Shown in pieces: positions 18,455-28,071 of a stretch of DNA of 64,000 bases (position 1 is its first letter; every line of letters begins with the position of its first letter). The translations under genes were made by a program, and so were the position numbers. Under the pieces are notes generated by a model that worked only from the letters and a program-made list of their open reading frames with translations, was not told where the DNA came from and searched no databases. This DNA comes from Candidatus Latescibacterota bacterium. Lineage in GTDB: Bacteria; Latescibacterota; UBA2968; GCA-2709665. The stretch is from contig OZ242358.1 of assembly GCA_965208835.1 (NCBI GenBank), positions 256,001 through 320,000 of the forward strand. The letters are read 5' to 3'.

Positions 18455-19297
18455 ATGTTACCTGATCTACAGAATCTCTCGGACCCCCGCGGCATCGGCA
18501 TCGACCAGGTGGGCGTCTCAAACGTACGCTATCCCCTGACCCTGCCCCTTCGCGCCGGCGGGGAGTTCAATACGGTTGCGAATCTGTCCATGACCGTGAG
18601 TCTGCCGCACTACCTCAAGGGCACCCATATGTCACGCTTTATGATCGCCCTTAACGAGCGCAACCATCAGTTCAGACCCGACACGGTACACCTGGTACTG
18701 GAGGAACTTCTCAATCTGCTCGAGGCCGAGGAAGCATTCGTAGATATGGAGTTTCCCATATTCCTTGCACGCAAGGCTCCTGTAACCAGGGAACAGGGAC
18801 TGATCGACTTCAATTGTGTCTTCCGCAGCATGTCGTCAACTTCAGGCACTGACGACAAGAGTGTAGGCGTCAAGGTGAACGTCACGACACTTTGTCCCTG
18901 CAGCAAGGAGATCAGCGAATACGGCGCCCACAACCAGCGATCCGAAATCACAATCGACGTGCGTCCGGCTGGCGACGAATTCGTCTGGTTCGAGGATTTA
19001 ATCGATATTGCGGAGAAGAACGCCTCGTGCGAACTCTATCCGGTCCTCAAGAGGCCCGACGAAAAGGCGGTGACCGAGCGCGCTTATGACAATCCACGAT
19101 TCGTCGAGGACATGGTCAGGGACATTGGCACGGACCTGTTAGACCTCTTGCATAACGGCAAAATCCTGTGGTTTTACGTCGCGAGCAGAAATTACGAGAG
19201 TATACATAACCACGACGCCTTTGCCAGGATCGAACGGGGTGTACGCGGTCCCCTTCTAAGCCCGAGGGAAGGCGTCGAGGGCGCGGCCCAGATCTGA
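18455..19297 (+). CDS. folE2: GTP cyclohydrolase IB
   Basis: IDQVGV, KGTHMSRF, TLCPCSKEIS, AHNQRS, KRPDEK, NPRFVED, ESIHNHDA. Confidence 0.95.
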   Translation: MLPDLQNLSDPRGIGIDQVGVSNVRYPLTLPLRAGGEFNTVANLSMTVSLPHYLKGTHMSRFMIALNERNHQFRPDTVHLVLEELLNLLEAEEAFVDMEFPIFLARKAPVTREQGLIDFNCVFRSMSSTSGTDDKSVGVKVNVTTLCPCSKEISEYGAHNQRSEITIDVRPAGDEFVWFEDLIDIAEKNASCELYPVLKRPDEKAVTERAYDNPRFVEDMVRDIGTDLLDLLHNGKILWFYVASRNYESIHNHDAFARIERGVRGPLLSPREGVEGAAQI

Positions 19298-19384
19298 TGG
19301 AAGATGAACTGCTCGTTTCCGAAATATCCGCAAGACCGGCAACCTTCGCACTGATCACGGACCGGTTGCGACTTTCCTGATTCC

Positions 19385-19413
19385 TTGACAGTGCATGGGG
19401 GTTTGCGTACTAT
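19385..19413 (+). promoter_or_regulatory. sigma70 promoter
   Basis: TTGACA-17 bp-TACTAT upstream of the TA islet. Confidence 0.7.
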
Positions 19414-19606
19414 TGACCGGTGCGCGGTCTGGCCCGGAAGTCGGCTGCAGTTTATCCTGAGGAAATGAGATCCAAGGCCGGATACTTAGTACGTGAACAC
19501 ATCTGGATCTCCCTTTCGTTCCACACTGGCAGCGATGACTATCGACGATGGATTCTGCCGCAAGGTCGAATATCGGATGTTTGCAGGAATTGGAGGAGGC
19601 CGTAAA

Positions 19607-19825
19607 ATGAATGATCGAATTGTCATTGATCCGTCAATTCGTCATGGCAAACCGGTTATCAGGCGAACGAGAGTACCTGTACATAGAGTTATCGGGAGTC
19701 TCGCGGGTGGATCTGAACCGCACGAGGTCTGCGAGGAATATGCTATCTCGGACGCGGACTTGAGAGCGGCACTCGCCTATGCCGAAGAGTTGATTGAGCG
19801 CGAACCGACAATCATTCAGTTCTGA
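19607..19825 (+). CDS. DUF433 antitoxin-like protein
   Basis: RIVIDPSIRHGKPVIRRTRVPV...AALAYA; GGAGG RBS. Confidence 0.88.
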   Translation: MNDRIVIDPSIRHGKPVIRRTRVPVHRVIGSLAGGSEPHEVCEEYAISDADLRAALAYAEELIEREPTIIQF

Positions 19826-19895
19826 CGCCGAACGTGAAGGACTATTCTACATCGGCGGGTCCCAGGATATCCATCTTTGCGGCTGGAGCAAGAAC

Positions 19896-20126
19896 ATGGC
19901 GGAAACTTCCTTAGAAAAAGATATCCGTGACGAGGTCCACAAGTTGGCTACTTCGCAGCAGGAACTCGTTCTTGAATTCGCACGTTCGTTGGCGAATGAC
20001 CAGCCGCCTGGCATACCAGGGGAATACCTGCTGAGGTTTGCTGGCGCGATCGACAAGGCTAACCTTGAAGAAATGGCTCAAGCGATTGAAAAGGGTTGCG
20101 AACGAGTAGATTATAATGAATGGTAG
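19896..20126 (+). CDS. putative VapB-type antitoxin
   Basis: 76 aa, LLRFAGAI...EEMAQAIE..C; overlaps the PIN gene start by 11 bp. Confidence 0.7.
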   Translation: MAETSLEKDIRDEVHKLATSQQELVLEFARSLANDQPPGIPGEYLLRFAGAIDKANLEEMAQAIEKGCERVDYNEW

Positions 20127-20505
20127 ATATCTGCTGGATACTACGATCGTCATCGCTCTTTTTGCCAATGAACAAAATATCCAGCAGCAACTTGGCGAAG
20201 CGAGCGAGGTCTTTATTTCCAACGTTGTTTTAGGCGAGTTGTATTACGGTGCGGAGACGTCCACTCGAGTGATTTCTAACCTGGAACGCATAAATGACTT
20301 GGCAGCCACTTCAAACGTCATCGGATGTGATCTGGAAACGGCTCGTCAATATGGGACGATTAAGAATCAGCTTCGTCTTAAGGGACGCCCTATACCTGAA
20401 AGTGATATATGGATAGCTGCGCAATCGATTCAGAACCAGTTGACTCTTGTGGCTCGAGATAGTCATTTCGACGAGATAGAGGCTATATCCATAGCAAGTT
20501 GGTAG
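20116..20505 (+). CDS. vapC: VapC PIN-domain toxin
   Basis: YLLDT, LGELYYG, GRPIPESDIWIAA, LVARDSHF. Confidence 0.92.
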   Translation: MNGRYLLDTTIVIALFANEQNIQQQLGEASEVFISNVVLGELYYGAETSTRVISNLERINDLAATSNVIGCDLETARQYGTIKNQLRLKGRPIPESDIWIAAQSIQNQLTLVARDSHFDEIEAISIASW

Positions 20506-20544
20506 AATTCGATATTCTCGAATCCTGCACAGAAAGGAAGTCAT

Positions 20545-21840
20545 GTGGACCTGAGTCACCAACCGCCGCGCCGTCCCTCCAACGTCTCAATTGCCGGAAT
20601 CGTCAACCTCGCCCGGATGACGGACAAGGCCCGCGCATACAACAGCCGTACGCTCGGTGAATTCCTGTATGGCGACGATTCGGGTCTGGACAAGATCCTG
20701 CTGGAATTTCTGGACGTCTCACACGACGACTTTGCCGATGCCGCCGGGCGCTATGGCGATTCGGATCTCGCACGCTGGATACGTGAGGTTTCCGACCGGA
20801 CGGACGAGGAGATCGACGCTTTCAATCAGTACCATCTCCAGCGCGAGCCGGACGACGAAGCGGGCAAACAGCGGCTTAAGGACCGCATCGAGAAGTTCGC
20901 GCCCGGTCGAACCGACATCGCCACCGTATTCCAGTCCATCGAACTGGACGATTGGGCCAACTTCAGAGACGTGGATCTCTCGCAAAGGGCTCCGCGGTCC
21001 CCGTACCGCAGGGACGTCGCGGGGATCTTCGGCCTCGCCCGCATGGCGGACAAAGCCCGCGCGGAACAGGCCGGAACGTCCGGAGAGTACATCTACAACT
21101 GCCCGATCGATCAGGCCATTACCGACTTTGCCGGCTTTACGGCGGATGCATTCAAGGAATCCGCATACCTCAATCCGAACGACCTGGAACTCGGGGACTG
21201 GGTCCGGGAAAACACCGGCGCACATTCAGGCGACATTTCGCAATTCAACCATCGAATATCCGGAAAAGGTCCGGAGAACATCAAGGAATGCGCGGTCTTC
21301 AAGGCGGCGCTGGCGAATGCGGCGCCGAAACGCACCGACATCACCACGTGGTTCGACCTGCTCGACGTGGATGACGAGGTGTCTTTCGGCGTTGTGGATC
21401 TCACTCGCCACCCGCCGAAGAGCCCTTATGACGATTCCGTGGGCGGTCTCTTCGGCCTGGCCCGGATGATCGACAAGGGCAGAGCGGCAATCCACGATCT
21501 GCTGGGTCAGTACAAATACGCGGAAGATTCCGGCCTGGACAAGAAGATCGCGGAGTTTTTCGGGTTCTCCATGGGCGACTTTACCGATCTCATCAGGGCG
21601 GGCCGTACTGACGAAGAGATACTCACGTGGCTCAAAGACAACCATGGCAAATCCAGTTCCGAGATCAGCGACTTCAACCGTGATATCGGCACCATCGAAC
21701 CCTGGAACGAAAAGCGGCGCACCTGGTTCCGCGGGGTTCTTGCAGGTCTGGATGAATCCCGTACCGATGTGACGACGTATATGGCCCTGATCGTGCTGGA
21801 CGACACCATCCACTTTGCCCGCCGGAAGACGGCGATTTGA
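20545..21840 (+). CDS. protein of three tandem DUF5069-like domains
   Basis: Three units starting DL...P(R/K).P with LARM.DK(A/G)RA and ending RTD(I/V).T...(L/V)DD. Confidence 0.75.
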   Translation: MDLSHQPPRRPSNVSIAGIVNLARMTDKARAYNSRTLGEFLYGDDSGLDKILLEFLDVSHDDFADAAGRYGDSDLARWIREVSDRTDEEIDAFNQYHLQREPDDEAGKQRLKDRIEKFAPGRTDIATVFQSIELDDWANFRDVDLSQRAPRSPYRRDVAGIFGLARMADKARAEQAGTSGEYIYNCPIDQAITDFAGFTADAFKESAYLNPNDLELGDWVRENTGAHSGDISQFNHRISGKGPENIKECAVFKAALANAAPKRTDITTWFDLLDVDDEVSFGVVDLTRHPPKSPYDDSVGGLFGLARMIDKGRAAIHDLLGQYKYAEDSGLDKKIAEFFGFSMGDFTDLIRAGRTDEEILTWLKDNHGKSSSEISDFNRDIGTIEPWNEKRRTWFRGVLAGLDESRTDVTTYMALIVLDDTIHFARRKTAI

Positions 21841-21845
21841 ACTGG

Positions 21846-22006
21846 TGTTCTGTCCCGGAAATAAGTTGCCTGAATTCGACCGCCGAGTCGCCCGGCTCGC
21901 AAGGCGCCTGAGCACAGGCGACCTGCGTATGGTCGGCGAGCGAGGGGAACGCAGGGAGACGGGATGAATCGCCGGTCGAATGGTGAGGAATTTTCGGGAC
22001 AGGACG
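21846..22006. mobile_element. single-copy MITE-like element (family F)
   Basis: TGTTCTGTCCCGGAAAT...ATTTTCGGGACAGGACG inverted ends, flanked by CTGG/CTAA. Confidence 0.55.
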
Positions 22007-22078
22007 CTAAATCCCGGCGGCCGAACACAGACGATCTGTTTCCCGGACAAAACTTCACGTCTCAATAGGAGAATCGGC

Positions 22079-22831
22079 ATGTCAAACCAGGAAGTCACGC
22101 TGGCCAAATTCACCCGCAGAGAATTCCGGGAAGCCCTCGAAGCCGGTCGGTTCAGTACCGCTATCATACCCACCGGGAGCAATGAACAGCACCTCGAGCA
22201 CCTGGCCATGGAATACGATATCCGCGCGGCGACCTACGTGGCCACCGAAGCCGCCAGGCGGCTCTATCCCCAGGTTGTCGTGAACGTGCCAATGGCCGTG
22301 GGCATTTCTGAACATCACATGATCCATAAAGGGACCGTCACCGCAAAACCCGGAAGCTGGCTGGCAGTACTTTTCGACGCCGTGGAGAGCCTGGTTCGCC
22401 ACGGCGTCAAGAACGTGCTCATTCTAAACGGACACGGGGGCAACGAAGCCCCTATGATGGGTATCCTCCGGCAGTGGCAGCTCTTCTTTCAGATGACGGC
22501 GCCGGACGCCAACGTGCAGTTCCATTCCTACTGGAACCTGAGTCGGGAGATCGCCGAACAGCACTGCACGAGCCGGGTGCCGGGCCACGCAGGCGAATAC
22601 GAAACCGCCATGGCCATCGTCATCTGCCCGGAGAACATCCGCCACGATGCCATGTCGGACCAGGAGGTCCAGGAGCCGTTGAAGGCTACCGAGGAATTGG
22701 GGAAGATTCTGGTTGAAGCCGCGGTCCGGAAAACAGTGGAATACCTCGAGGGAATGATTGAGGCAACTAACCACGAGATACAGCCACACGTCTATTCGAA
22801 GGAAATGTACGCCGCGCAGGAGAAGAAATAG
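22079..22831 (+). CDS. creatininase family amidohydrolase
   Basis: PTGSNEQH.EHL...D, GISEHH, NGHGGN, HAGEYET; AGGAG RBS before ATG 22079. Confidence 0.9.
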   Translation: MSNQEVTLAKFTRREFREALEAGRFSTAIIPTGSNEQHLEHLAMEYDIRAATYVATEAARRLYPQVVVNVPMAVGISEHHMIHKGTVTAKPGSWLAVLFDAVESLVRHGVKNVLILNGHGGNEAPMMGILRQWQLFFQMTAPDANVQFHSYWNLSREIAEQHCTSRVPGHAGEYETAMAIVICPENIRHDAMSDQEVQEPLKATEELGKILVEAAVRKTVEYLEGMIEATNHEIQPHVYSKEMYAAQEKK

Positions 22832-22867
22832 ACTTCAGGCAGCGCGAACTGCCGGAAAGGATGAACC

Positions 22868-24106
22868 ATGACCGTCCAACGGGCGAGGTACGGCGCGGAT
22901 GCCGCCGCGGGGCTTGCCGGCACGCTGCCACAGCCCTTTCCGCGCACCATCGGACCCAACGCGATGACCTATCTTCAGGAGGTGGTCGACTCCGGTCTGA
23001 CGTGCAACATGATCGGGCGATTTGAAGACGCGTTCGCCGAAGAGATGGGCGTGGAACACTGCATTGCCACGCCCGGGTGTACCCCCGCGCTGGCCGTTCT
23101 GGCCTGCGCGCTGGACTTCGAACCCGGTGATGAGATCATCGTCAGTTCAGCGACGGATTACGGCACCGTGCAGGGTATTATCAGGGAGAGCTACATCCCT
23201 GTTTTCGCGGACACGGACGCCGGTACCATGATCAGCAGCGCGGCCACGATTGAACCCTGTATAACAGACCGCACACGTGCGATTCTGGTTGTGCACATGA
23301 CCGGTACGATTTGCGATATGGACCCCATTGTCGAACTCGCCGGCAAACACGGTCTCTTTCTCTATGAAGACGTCTGCCAGGCCGTCTTCGGGGAATACAA
23401 GGGACGGCTGGCCGGGTCTCTCTCCGATGCGGGCGCCTTCTCCTTCGACTCGGAGAAAACCATGGGTTCGGATGTTGGCGGCTGTGTGGTGACCAACGAC
23501 GATAACCTGGCCGAACGCATGCGTTTCATCGGCCACAGCCGCGGCGGCCAGATGCTCGAGGGGTTCGGAAGGCAGCACGTCGTGCCCGGGTTCGCCCACC
23601 GCATGCCTCAGTGCACGGCTGCGGTCACACTGGCGCAACTCGAGATCATCCGTCCCAACGTGGAGCAGCGCGACCGGATGATCCGCCTGCTCACGGAGAG
23701 GCTGGAAGATATCCCGGGCATCACACCACTTCCCATCCCGGATTATATGAACGTCTACTCCTGCTGGATGACCGGGTTCAGCGTCAACCCCGATGCGTTT
23801 GTTTGTACACCGGATGATTTCGCGCAACAGGTCGCGGACGCGGGTATCCCTGGCGCGGGCATGGGACGGTATTACCTGTTGCCTCCGGCGCTGCCCTTTC
23901 TCACCGAAAAGGTGGAGAAGAAGCTGTATCCCTATTCCAGGCCACCGGCTTCCAGAGAGTACACGTACAGCGGGGATACGTGCCCCAATGCACAGCACTT
24001 TCTGGAGTCCTTCGTACGCTGGACGTCATTCTGCGAACGCTATGAACCCGAACACTGTGAACTCGCCGCCCAGATCGTCAGGGAAGTGGCGGATCGAAAC
24101 CGTTAA
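22868..24106 (+). CDS. DegT/DnrJ/EryC1/StrS family PLP aminotransferase
   Basis: PGDEII, EDVCQA, FSFDSEK (PLP Lys), GG motif. Confidence 0.88.
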   Translation: MTVQRARYGADAAAGLAGTLPQPFPRTIGPNAMTYLQEVVDSGLTCNMIGRFEDAFAEEMGVEHCIATPGCTPALAVLACALDFEPGDEIIVSSATDYGTVQGIIRESYIPVFADTDAGTMISSAATIEPCITDRTRAILVVHMTGTICDMDPIVELAGKHGLFLYEDVCQAVFGEYKGRLAGSLSDAGAFSFDSEKTMGSDVGGCVVTNDDNLAERMRFIGHSRGGQMLEGFGRQHVVPGFAHRMPQCTAAVTLAQLEIIRPNVEQRDRMIRLLTERLEDIPGITPLPIPDYMNVYSCWMTGFSVNPDAFVCTPDDFAQQVADAGIPGAGMGRYYLLPPALPFLTEKVEKKLYPYSRPPASREYTYSGDTCPNAQHFLESFVRWTSFCERYEPEHCELAAQIVREVADRNR

Positions 24107-24243
24107 AAACGGGTAGACGCAAGACGTGAGAGGGGAGAGATTGCCTGCCTTGTGAGGTTTCCTTTCGCGCCGGAGGCAAGAAGGAATAAAATTCCGGGCA
24201 CGGATTTCTTCTACCGTCTACCCTCTTCCCTCTACCCGCCTTT
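24106..24243 (+). repeat. Family A repeat
   Basis: CCTGCCTTGTGAGG...GCCGGAGGCAAGAAGGAATAAA core with heptamer arms. Confidence 0.88.
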
Positions 24244-24263
24244 GGGGTTTCCAGGAGGTCCGA

Positions 24264-25319
24264 ATGTCAGACACACGATACCGTGAAATCGAAGTCGCCG
24301 GCTCGGCGCTGGAGATGGGGCGGCAGATTGGCGAGGCTGCCCGCGAGGAAGTGCGGGGCTTTGCGGATATCGCCCTTGAACGCGTGAACAAGAGCGTCAG
24401 CGTCCCGTTGGAAAGGGCGATGGGCGTCGCCCGGGACTGCATCCCGTACGTGGAGCGGTACGCACCCCACATGCTCGACGAGATGCGCGGCACCTCCGAG
24501 TCCTCCGGCGTCTCGATGGACGATCTCATGATGCTCCAGGTCCGCAATCAGCTTCAGGCGGAAGCGGATTCGGGCTGCACTTCATTTTCACTTACCGCCC
24601 CCGCCGGACACGGCAATATTGTGGGCCAGAACTGGGACAACGACCCCGGGCTCAACCCCTATACCATCGTCCTCACCCGACGTCCGGAAGGAAAGCCCGC
24701 TATCCTGAACATAACCCAGGCCGGCATCATCGCCTACATCGGCCTGAACAGCGAGGGTATCGGGCTTTGCCTGAATACCCTGCCCGCGCCCTCCCGCCCC
24801 GTGGGTGTGCCGCACTACTTCACGGTCCGCGGCATTTACGAGACGGCCACTATGGAAGACGCCGTGCAGGCGGTGCGAAGGGCGAGGCGCGCCATCCCCG
24901 CCAACATCATTCTCTCCACACCGCAGGGGCCCGCGGATCTGGAAGTGACCCTGGAAAACGTACACGTGATCCGGGACGACGGCGTTGGTCTGGTGACCCA
25001 TACAAACCACTGCGAGCATCCGGAACTGGCGCACAACAACGATGTCTTCCCCGAACTCATCCAGTCGGGCGGCCGAAAAATCCGGATCCAGAAACTCTTC
25101 AATGAAATGGAACGTCCCTTTGCAATCGAAAGCCTGAAAGCTGCCCTGAGCGATCACGAAGACCATCCCACCTCCATCTGTCGCCATCCCAACGATCATC
25201 CCACGACGGGGTACTGGGCGACCACGTTCTCCGTGATCATCGAAACCGATGCAGGTCGCATGCACGTGAGCAAAAACAACCCCTGCCAGAACCCGTACGA
25301 GACCTATTTGCTGAACTGA
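24264..25319 (+). CDS. C45 family autoproteolytic acyltransferase/hydrolase (Ntn fold)
   Basis: G-CTS autocleavage site, GQNWD, GLNSEG, HTNH. Confidence 0.9.
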   Translation: MSDTRYREIEVAGSALEMGRQIGEAAREEVRGFADIALERVNKSVSVPLERAMGVARDCIPYVERYAPHMLDEMRGTSESSGVSMDDLMMLQVRNQLQAEADSGCTSFSLTAPAGHGNIVGQNWDNDPGLNPYTIVLTRRPEGKPAILNITQAGIIAYIGLNSEGIGLCLNTLPAPSRPVGVPHYFTVRGIYETATMEDAVQAVRRARRAIPANIILSTPQGPADLEVTLENVHVIRDDGVGLVTHTNHCEHPELAHNNDVFPELIQSGGRKIRIQKLFNEMERPFAIESLKAALSDHEDHPTSICRHPNDHPTTGYWATTFSVIIETDAGRMHVSKNNPCQNPYETYLLN

Positions 25320-25361
25320 TCGGCACGCGCTCTTGTGCGCGGTCTTTCGGGAGCCGCCCGC

Positions 25362-27233
25362 ATGCCTCTCACGTCCAAACAGATCGCGCACGCGCTCTCG
25401 CGAAAGCTCCTGCGCAAGCGGCATACCCGCATCATGATGGACTATTATGCGGAAAAGCTGCCGCGTCTGGAAACGCCTGCGTCCGCCGCGGAGTGGAAGA
25501 GCCGAACCGCCAGGATTCGCAGGGACCTCCTGAAGAAAGTCTTCCTGACCGGACTCGATCCGGACGTCAACGATCGCCCGCCGGATGTCCGGTGGCGCGG
25601 CGTTCTCAAGGGTAACGGCTACCGCATCCGGAAACTCCATTACGAAGGGTATCCGGGCATGCGGATCCCCGCGCTGCTGTACGAGCCCGAGAACCTGCGA
25701 GGAAGGGTACCGGCCGTGCTCAACCCCAACGGCCACCATCGGGGCGGCAAGGCCATGGACTACAAGCAGGTACGGTGTATCAACCTGGCCAAACGCGGCA
25801 TGCTTGCCCTGAACTTCGAATTCATCGGCATGGGCGAACTTCAGGGCTCTCTCAATCATATGCAGCAGGCCCACATCGACCTGTGCGGCGTCGCGGGTGT
25901 CAGCGCCATGTACCTGGCGATGAAACGCGGTCTGGACGTCCTGCTCGCTCACGAACACGCAGACCCCGACAGGGTGGCCATGACCGGTCTCTCGGGCGGC
26001 GGATGGCAGACGGCCGTACTCACGGCAATCGATGAACGCATCGGCGTGTCCGTGCCGGTTTCGGGACACTCTCCGATCTGGCACCGGGCAACCAGGCGAT
26101 GGCAGGACCACGGCGACTTGGAACAGACGCCCGTCGATCTCTGCACCGTGGCGGATTACGACACCCTCACCGCCATGTTTGCGCCCCGTCCGGCGCTGCT
26201 CGTACACAGCGTCAATGACAGTATATTTCGCCCGGAATTCATGCGGCCGGCCCTGTATACGCCCGCCCGAAAGGTCTATGAGAGACTCGGCACGTCCGAT
26301 CACATCGGTTTTTACGCCAATAAAGACCCGGGCACCCACAACTACGAGAAAGACATCCGCGAGCGGCTATATGAATTCCTGAATAAATCCTGGGACCTGG
26401 ACATCCGCACCGAGGATATTCCGTGCGACGACGAAATACGCACCGAGTGGGAACTCAACGTGGGGCTCCCGCCGGGCAACCCCACGTTCCTCTCGATCGC
26501 CGGAAATCTCGCCCGGCGCCTGCCGGAGAAACGATCGTCCGCCGATTCAAGGCAGCAGGACCGAAGGCGCCTTTCGAGGGTGTTGCGCCTGCCGTCCGCT
26601 TACGCGGTGGAGTCGCGAACCGCCCTCAAGTCACGGACGCTGGCGGGCGTAAGCATCTCGCACCATCTTCTGAAAATGGACCGCTGGAACGTTCCCGTCA
26701 CGGAATTCGATCCGCGGGAATCGAGCGACGTCCTGCTAGTCCTCCCGGAAAACGGCCGGGCCGGCGCGGCGAGGGCTGTAAAGAACGCGCTCGAGGCGGG
26801 CAAACGCGTTTTCGCAGCCGACCTGCTTGCGTTTGGCGAACAGGTTATCGCGGACGGCGAGTATCACTACCTGTTTATGGAATGCATCGCCGCCGCCGGC
26901 GACCGTCCCCTGGGTATCTGTACGGCGCAGTTGCTGGCCCTCCGGCGCTGGATCGAGTCGAGATCCGGCATGCGTTCCATGGACATAAACACCCGGGGCC
27001 TTTCCACCGGCATGATTGCCCTGTGCGCGGCAGCCCTGCGGCCCCGCGGCGTCGACGCATTGCGCGCCAACCTTCCCGACACGCTCCGCCGGCTTATCGA
27101 CTGGAGCGTGGACTACACGCAGGAGCCGGTTTCGTTCTGTTTCGGCCTGCTCGAGCAGTTTGACATCCAGGACCTGGTCCTGCTATCCCACCCGGTTGAC
27201 ATTCTCATTGACGGCCGAGGGCCGATGCGTTGA
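25362..27233 (+). CDS. alpha/beta hydrolase, acetylxylan-esterase-like
   Basis: PALLY.P, NGH, GMGE, TGLSGGG nucleophile elbow, FAPRP, HNY; start uncertain (25335 or 25362). Confidence 0.8.
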   Translation: MPLTSKQIAHALSRKLLRKRHTRIMMDYYAEKLPRLETPASAAEWKSRTARIRRDLLKKVFLTGLDPDVNDRPPDVRWRGVLKGNGYRIRKLHYEGYPGMRIPALLYEPENLRGRVPAVLNPNGHHRGGKAMDYKQVRCINLAKRGMLALNFEFIGMGELQGSLNHMQQAHIDLCGVAGVSAMYLAMKRGLDVLLAHEHADPDRVAMTGLSGGGWQTAVLTAIDERIGVSVPVSGHSPIWHRATRRWQDHGDLEQTPVDLCTVADYDTLTAMFAPRPALLVHSVNDSIFRPEFMRPALYTPARKVYERLGTSDHIGFYANKDPGTHNYEKDIRERLYEFLNKSWDLDIRTEDIPCDDEIRTEWELNVGLPPGNPTFLSIAGNLARRLPEKRSSADSRQQDRRRLSRVLRLPSAYAVESRTALKSRTLAGVSISHHLLKMDRWNVPVTEFDPRESSDVLLVLPENGRAGAARAVKNALEAGKRVFAADLLAFGEQVIADGEYHYLFMECIAAAGDRPLGICTAQLLALRRWIESRSGMRSMDINTRGLSTGMIALCAAALRPRGVDALRANLPDTLRRLIDWSVDYTQEPVSFCFGLLEQFDIQDLVLLSHPVDILIDGRGPMR

Positions 27234-27290
27234 CCCCGCGTATCCCAGCCGGACATCCTGTCTCATCGTCGTTCCCGAAAGGCGCATGAA

Positions 27291-28058
27291 ATGTCCGACG
27301 CTTCAACCATGCATCTGAACGCGCGTTACTACCGCGCCCTGCCGATCGACAACCCCGGTTACGAATCGGTCACGTTCGAGCTTCCCGTCCGGCGAACGGC
27401 CCTCATCGGCATGCACTGCTGGAATATCGGCTGCCCCGACGGTCCTCCCCTGAACATGGACTACTGCGTGGACCTGGGCTGGCCCGAGGCGACGGCGGAA
27501 GGGTACCGGATCATGTGCGAGGTGATGCGCCCGGCCATGGACGCGGCGCGGGCGATCGGCCTTCCCGTGGTACACGTGGAAGCGGACTGGATGGACGAAC
27601 AATACCCGGACATCCCGTCCAGACGGGACAGGTCGAACGTCTGGAAACCCACCGGCCGCCAGAAGGAAATGCTGGACCGCGCGCATGGCCCCGACTATAT
27701 GAAGCACTCGCCGCTCGCGAAGATGCGCCGGGCTGCAATCGTGTCTCCCGTCGGCGACGAACCCATGGTCTTTTATACCGACACATTGGACGCATATCTG
27801 AAAGCCAATGACATCGATACCCTGGTCTACACGGGATTCGCGGCCGATATGTGCGTTCTGGGTTCCGAAGGAGGCGGACAGGCGATGCTCTCCCGCGGGT
27901 ACCGATGCATATTGATGCGCGACGGGACGGTGGGCGTGGAACGTCCCGATACCTTTGACGAGCGTCTTGCCACGCGTTACGGCATCCACATTTTCGAGTG
28001 GAAGATCGGATACAGCACCACGTTCAACGCGTTCATGGATGCCGTGAACTCAGGTTAG
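27291..28058 (+). CDS. isochorismatase-like cysteine hydrolase
   Basis: RTALI, TLVYTGFAADMCV, ILMRDGT. Confidence 0.82.
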   Translation: MSDASTMHLNARYYRALPIDNPGYESVTFELPVRRTALIGMHCWNIGCPDGPPLNMDYCVDLGWPEATAEGYRIMCEVMRPAMDAARAIGLPVVHVEADWMDEQYPDIPSRRDRSNVWKPTGRQKEMLDRAHGPDYMKHSPLAKMRRAAIVSPVGDEPMVFYTDTLDAYLKANDIDTLVYTGFAADMCVLGSEGGGQAMLSRGYRCILMRDGTVGVERPDTFDERLATRYGIHIFEWKIGYSTTFNAFMDAVNSG

Positions 28059-28071
28059 AAAGGGAGATTCA

